DNA of 64,000 nucleotides from Candidatus Poribacteria bacterium (GTDB lineage: Bacteria; Poribacteria; WGA-4E; WGA-3G): assembly GCA_965205015.1 (NCBI GenBank), contig OZ242029.1:3296001-3360000 (forward strand). The letters are read 5' to 3'. The translations under genes and the position numbers were made by a program. Shown piece by piece: positions 61,412 to 64,000 of the stretch (position 1 is the stretch's first letter; every line of letters starts with the position of its first letter). Below the pieces are notes generated by a model. The model did no database searches, was not told the origin of the DNA, and worked only from the letters and a program-made list of their open reading frames with translations.

Positions 61412-61987
61412 ATGAAGGAAGGCGTCAAAGATACTTTAGTGTTCAACGTGAAAGACCTTCGACACGAGGACTTTAAGGAATACAAAGCACTTGTACCGTC
61501 CGAATCCCTCGATTTGACTTACGAGGAAGCAAAATTTATTCAGCCGTTGTCATGCAGCGTCGGGCTCTTTCGTCAAGGTGGCGACAATATTTATATAACC
61601 ACCGATGTCAATACGACTATTTTGGTGGAATGTCGACGCTGTATCAACCCGCTTGAGGTCGACATAGTGGCTACACTCGGTTTGCTATTTTCTATGGGGA
61701 ATGCATCGTCAGAACCGGATGAAGATGATCAAAGATACTATGACGGGGAAACTTTAGATATTTCAGAAGATGTCCGGCGGGCACTTGTGCTTGAAATACC
61801 GACATGGTCGCTCTGTTCCGAGGCGTGCAGAGGTTTATGTCCAGAATGCGGGACGGATCTCAACGTGACAGAATGCTCCTGTGAAATGACGGATGAGCCA
61901 TCGCTCCCCGCCTCTAACTCCCTGAGCGCGCAGCTTGCAAGTGCATTTTCCAAAGCCGGTTCTCGTAAAAATACTGACAACAGTTGA
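61412..61987 (+). CDS. yceD: DUF177/YceD family protein
   Basis: CRRC and LCSEACRGLCPECG..LN..C.C motifs; upstream of rpmF. Confidence 0.9.
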   Translation: MKEGVKDTLVFNVKDLRHEDFKEYKALVPSESLDLTYEEAKFIQPLSCSVGLFRQGGDNIYITTDVNTTILVECRRCINPLEVDIVATLGLLFSMGNASSEPDEDDQRYYDGETLDISEDVRRALVLEIPTWSLCSEACRGLCPECGTDLNVTECSCEMTDEPSLPASNSLSAQLASAFSKAGSRKNTDNS

Positions 61988-62059
61988 AATCAGAATAAAT
62001 ACTTTAAGGTGTACGCGTGATTCACCTATCGCGATTTTGTAACATAAAGGAGATAAGCC

Positions 62060-62245
62060 ATGGCGCATCCGAAACGGAGGACGTCAAAATCGAAGAAAAG
62101 AATGCGGCGGAGCCATAACGCGCTCCATGATAAAGCCATAAGTGTCTGTTCATACTGCGGAGAGACGATTATTTCTCACCGCGTCTGTTCCGAATGTGGG
62201 CATTACAATGGACGGCCCGTATTAAAATCTGCGGATGAGGCATAG
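62060..62245 (+). CDS. rpmF: 50S ribosomal protein L32
   Basis: MAHPKRRTSKSKKRMRRSH, CxxC...HRVCxxCGHY. Confidence 0.97.
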   Translation: MAHPKRRTSKSKKRMRRSHNALHDKAISVCSYCGETIISHRVCSECGHYNGRPVLKSADEA

Positions 62246-62461
62246 ATCACGGTTCGTTAGAAACCAACGAGGATAGATTTTTTACACGTTTTGGTACGTC
62301 CATTTCAACATAAGAAACCTGCAACGGTGCCTTAGAACGCCAGCGCGGTGTTTTTGATTGGGGTTTTTGCAATGTAATACAAGGAACGGATTTATTCTAT
62401 TCCGAGACTAAATCCGGTATTTCTGCGGATTTCTCCAGGAAACGGTACTTACGAGAGAGAT

Positions 62462-63460
62462 ATGATGACGCAACTTCGATATGCAACCATTACAGGGACA
62501 GGCTCCTACCTCCCCGACCGGGTTGTCACCAATTTTGACCTTGAGCAAGTGGTCGATACAAGCGATGAATGGATTCGGCAACGGACGGGGATTGCTGAGA
62601 GACGCATCGCTGCAGACGATGAAGCAACCTCTGATCTTTGTATACATGCTGCGCGATGGGCTATCAAAAACGCGCATATTGATCCACTTGATATTGAGAT
62701 GATTCTCGTTGCTACTGTGACCCCCGATAGGTTTTTTCCTTCAACGGCGTGCTATGTTCAGAAAGGTATCGGTGCGAAGAACGCCGCCGCAATGGATATT
62801 TCCGCTGCCTGCGCTGGCTTCCTTTACGGATTGGATTTAGCTGACGGAATGATCAGATCTGGACGATATAACACGATTCTTGTCGTCGGTGGCGAAATTT
62901 TTAACAAAATTGTTGATTGGAACGACAGAAGTACATGTGTCCTTTTTGGAGATGGCGCAGGGGCTGCTGTGGTCCAAGCTACCGATGAACCGAAAGGGAT
63001 CCTCGCATCTTATATCGGATCGGATGGAGATTATGCCGACATTGACCTTCTCGGTATTCCCGCGGGCGGGTCGAGAATGCCGGTCACTCAAGAAGCCATC
63101 GACCAGAAGTTAGACAAACTTCAAATGAACGGGCGAGAAGTCTTCAAATTGGGGGTTCGCCTGATGCCGGAAGCCGCACAACGTGTGCTCCGACAGGCAA
63201 ACGTTAGTATTGAGGAAATTGATCTGTTAATCCCACATCAAGCGAACCTACGCATCATTGAGGCGGTTGGCGATAGACTTGAAATGCCACGGGAGAAGGT
63301 CTATATCAACGTTGATAAGTACGGCAATACCTCCGCAGCAACAATTATCATCGCGTTAGATGAGGCGATTCGTGAGGGAAGAGCGAAGCCGGGCGATCTT
63401 CTTCTGTTTGTGACTTTTGGCGCAGGTTTGACATGGGGGAGCACACTCCTACGATTATAG
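62462..63460 (+). CDS. fabH: 3-oxoacyl-ACP synthase III
   Basis: AACAGF, LFGDGAGA, PHQANLRI, GNTSAA, FGAGLTWG. Confidence 0.96.
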   Translation: MMTQLRYATITGTGSYLPDRVVTNFDLEQVVDTSDEWIRQRTGIAERRIAADDEATSDLCIHAARWAIKNAHIDPLDIEMILVATVTPDRFFPSTACYVQKGIGAKNAAAMDISAACAGFLYGLDLADGMIRSGRYNTILVVGGEIFNKIVDWNDRSTCVLFGDGAGAAVVQATDEPKGILASYIGSDGDYADIDLLGIPAGGSRMPVTQEAIDQKLDKLQMNGREVFKLGVRLMPEAAQRVLRQANVSIEEIDLLIPHQANLRIIEAVGDRLEMPREKVYINVDKYGNTSAATIIIALDEAIREGRAKPGDLLLFVTFGAGLTWGSTLLRL

Positions 63461-63463
63461 TAA

Positions 63464-63570
63464 ATGGCTGTCGGAAACCGTCGGTTATCGGTGAAGAATT
63501 TTTCGTTTAACAAAACCCGCTTTGCTGACTGCCCCTTTGCTGATTGCTATTCTTCTGACCGTTGATGGTT
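63464..63570. repeat. Degenerate heptamer-repeat inverted element
   Basis: GGCTGTCGGAAACCGTCGGTTATCGGT...GCTGACTGC...GCTGATTGC...CTGACCG. Confidence 0.55.
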
Positions 63571-63573
63571 AAT

Positions 63574-64000
63574 ATGTTGGCATTCATTTTTCCAGGACAA
63601 GGTTCACAACAGGTAGGCATGGGAGCAGCGCTGGCGCAGACTTACCCAGCGGCCGATGCTGTTTTTCAGGAGGCGGATGCAGTCCTCGGACAGGCGCTGA
63701 GACACCTCTGTTTCGAGGGACCGGAAGCAGACTTAAAGCAGACCGAAAATACACAACTGGCGATTTTAACCTGTAGTGTGGCAGCGTTGCAAGTCCTAAA
63801 GGAATGCGGGGTCGTGCCGAGTGCGGTCGCCGGACACAGTTTAGGAGAGTATTCCGCACTCGTGGCGGCAGGAGTGATCGGCTTTGAAGATGCCCTGCAT
63901 TTGGTACACGCACGAGCGAGTTTCATGGCGGAAGCTGGAAGGACACAACACGGCACAATGGCGGCCATCCTCGGGATGGCAACGGAACGGCTGCAAGAAC
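63574..64000 (+). CDS. fabD: Malonyl-CoA:ACP transacylase (partial, runs off the window)
   Basis: MLAFIFPGQGSQQVGMG, TENTQ, AGHSLGEYSAL; missing from the ORF track because it has no stop in the window. Confidence 0.95.
   Translation, partial: MLAFIFPGQGSQQVGMGAALAQTYPAADAVFQEADAVLGQALRHLCFEGPEADLKQTENTQLAILTCSVAALQVLKECGVVPSAVAGHSLGEYSALVAAGVIGFEDALHLVHARASFMAEAGRTQHGTMAAILGMATERLQE

Noticed and set aside
192-63968. Numerous short ORFs overlapping or antisense to long genes
   Set aside because: Shadow ORFs of well-supported genes, with no independent motifs

Overview
Bacterial chromosomal window with no prophage, integrase or CRISPR array. Gene content suggests Candidatus Poribacteria (inference): DUF1501/DUF1553 pair, sulfatase, PhyH dioxygenases, an LRR-dockerin protein and secreted proteins ending in KLxTxWxxLK. 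The left half is accessory and catabolic. It also holds three ATPase/nuclease or toxin-type modules and a UGA-recoded UGSC-type selenoprotein with a SECIS-like hairpin. The right half is housekeeping: lon with a sigma-54 promoter, fumC, rpoBC, an orphan EF-G, degP, tRNA-Pro, hom, yceD-rpmF-fabH-fabD. The most unusual feature is the RNA polymerase. RpoB (~1764 aa) and RpoC (1899 aa) are greatly enlarged by about 18-19 copies of a ~38-aa module resembling the beta' clamp segment (YxVxxVxHP/DPxCxLxxGxxLxExxY...Y/FxGF). About 12 copies lie inside the trigger loop, and one beta copy is split by an apparently dead HsdR-N-like nuclease domain. The enzyme also has substitutions at rifamycin-pocket and secondary-channel residues. 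All calls come from reading the sequence by eye; no searches were run.
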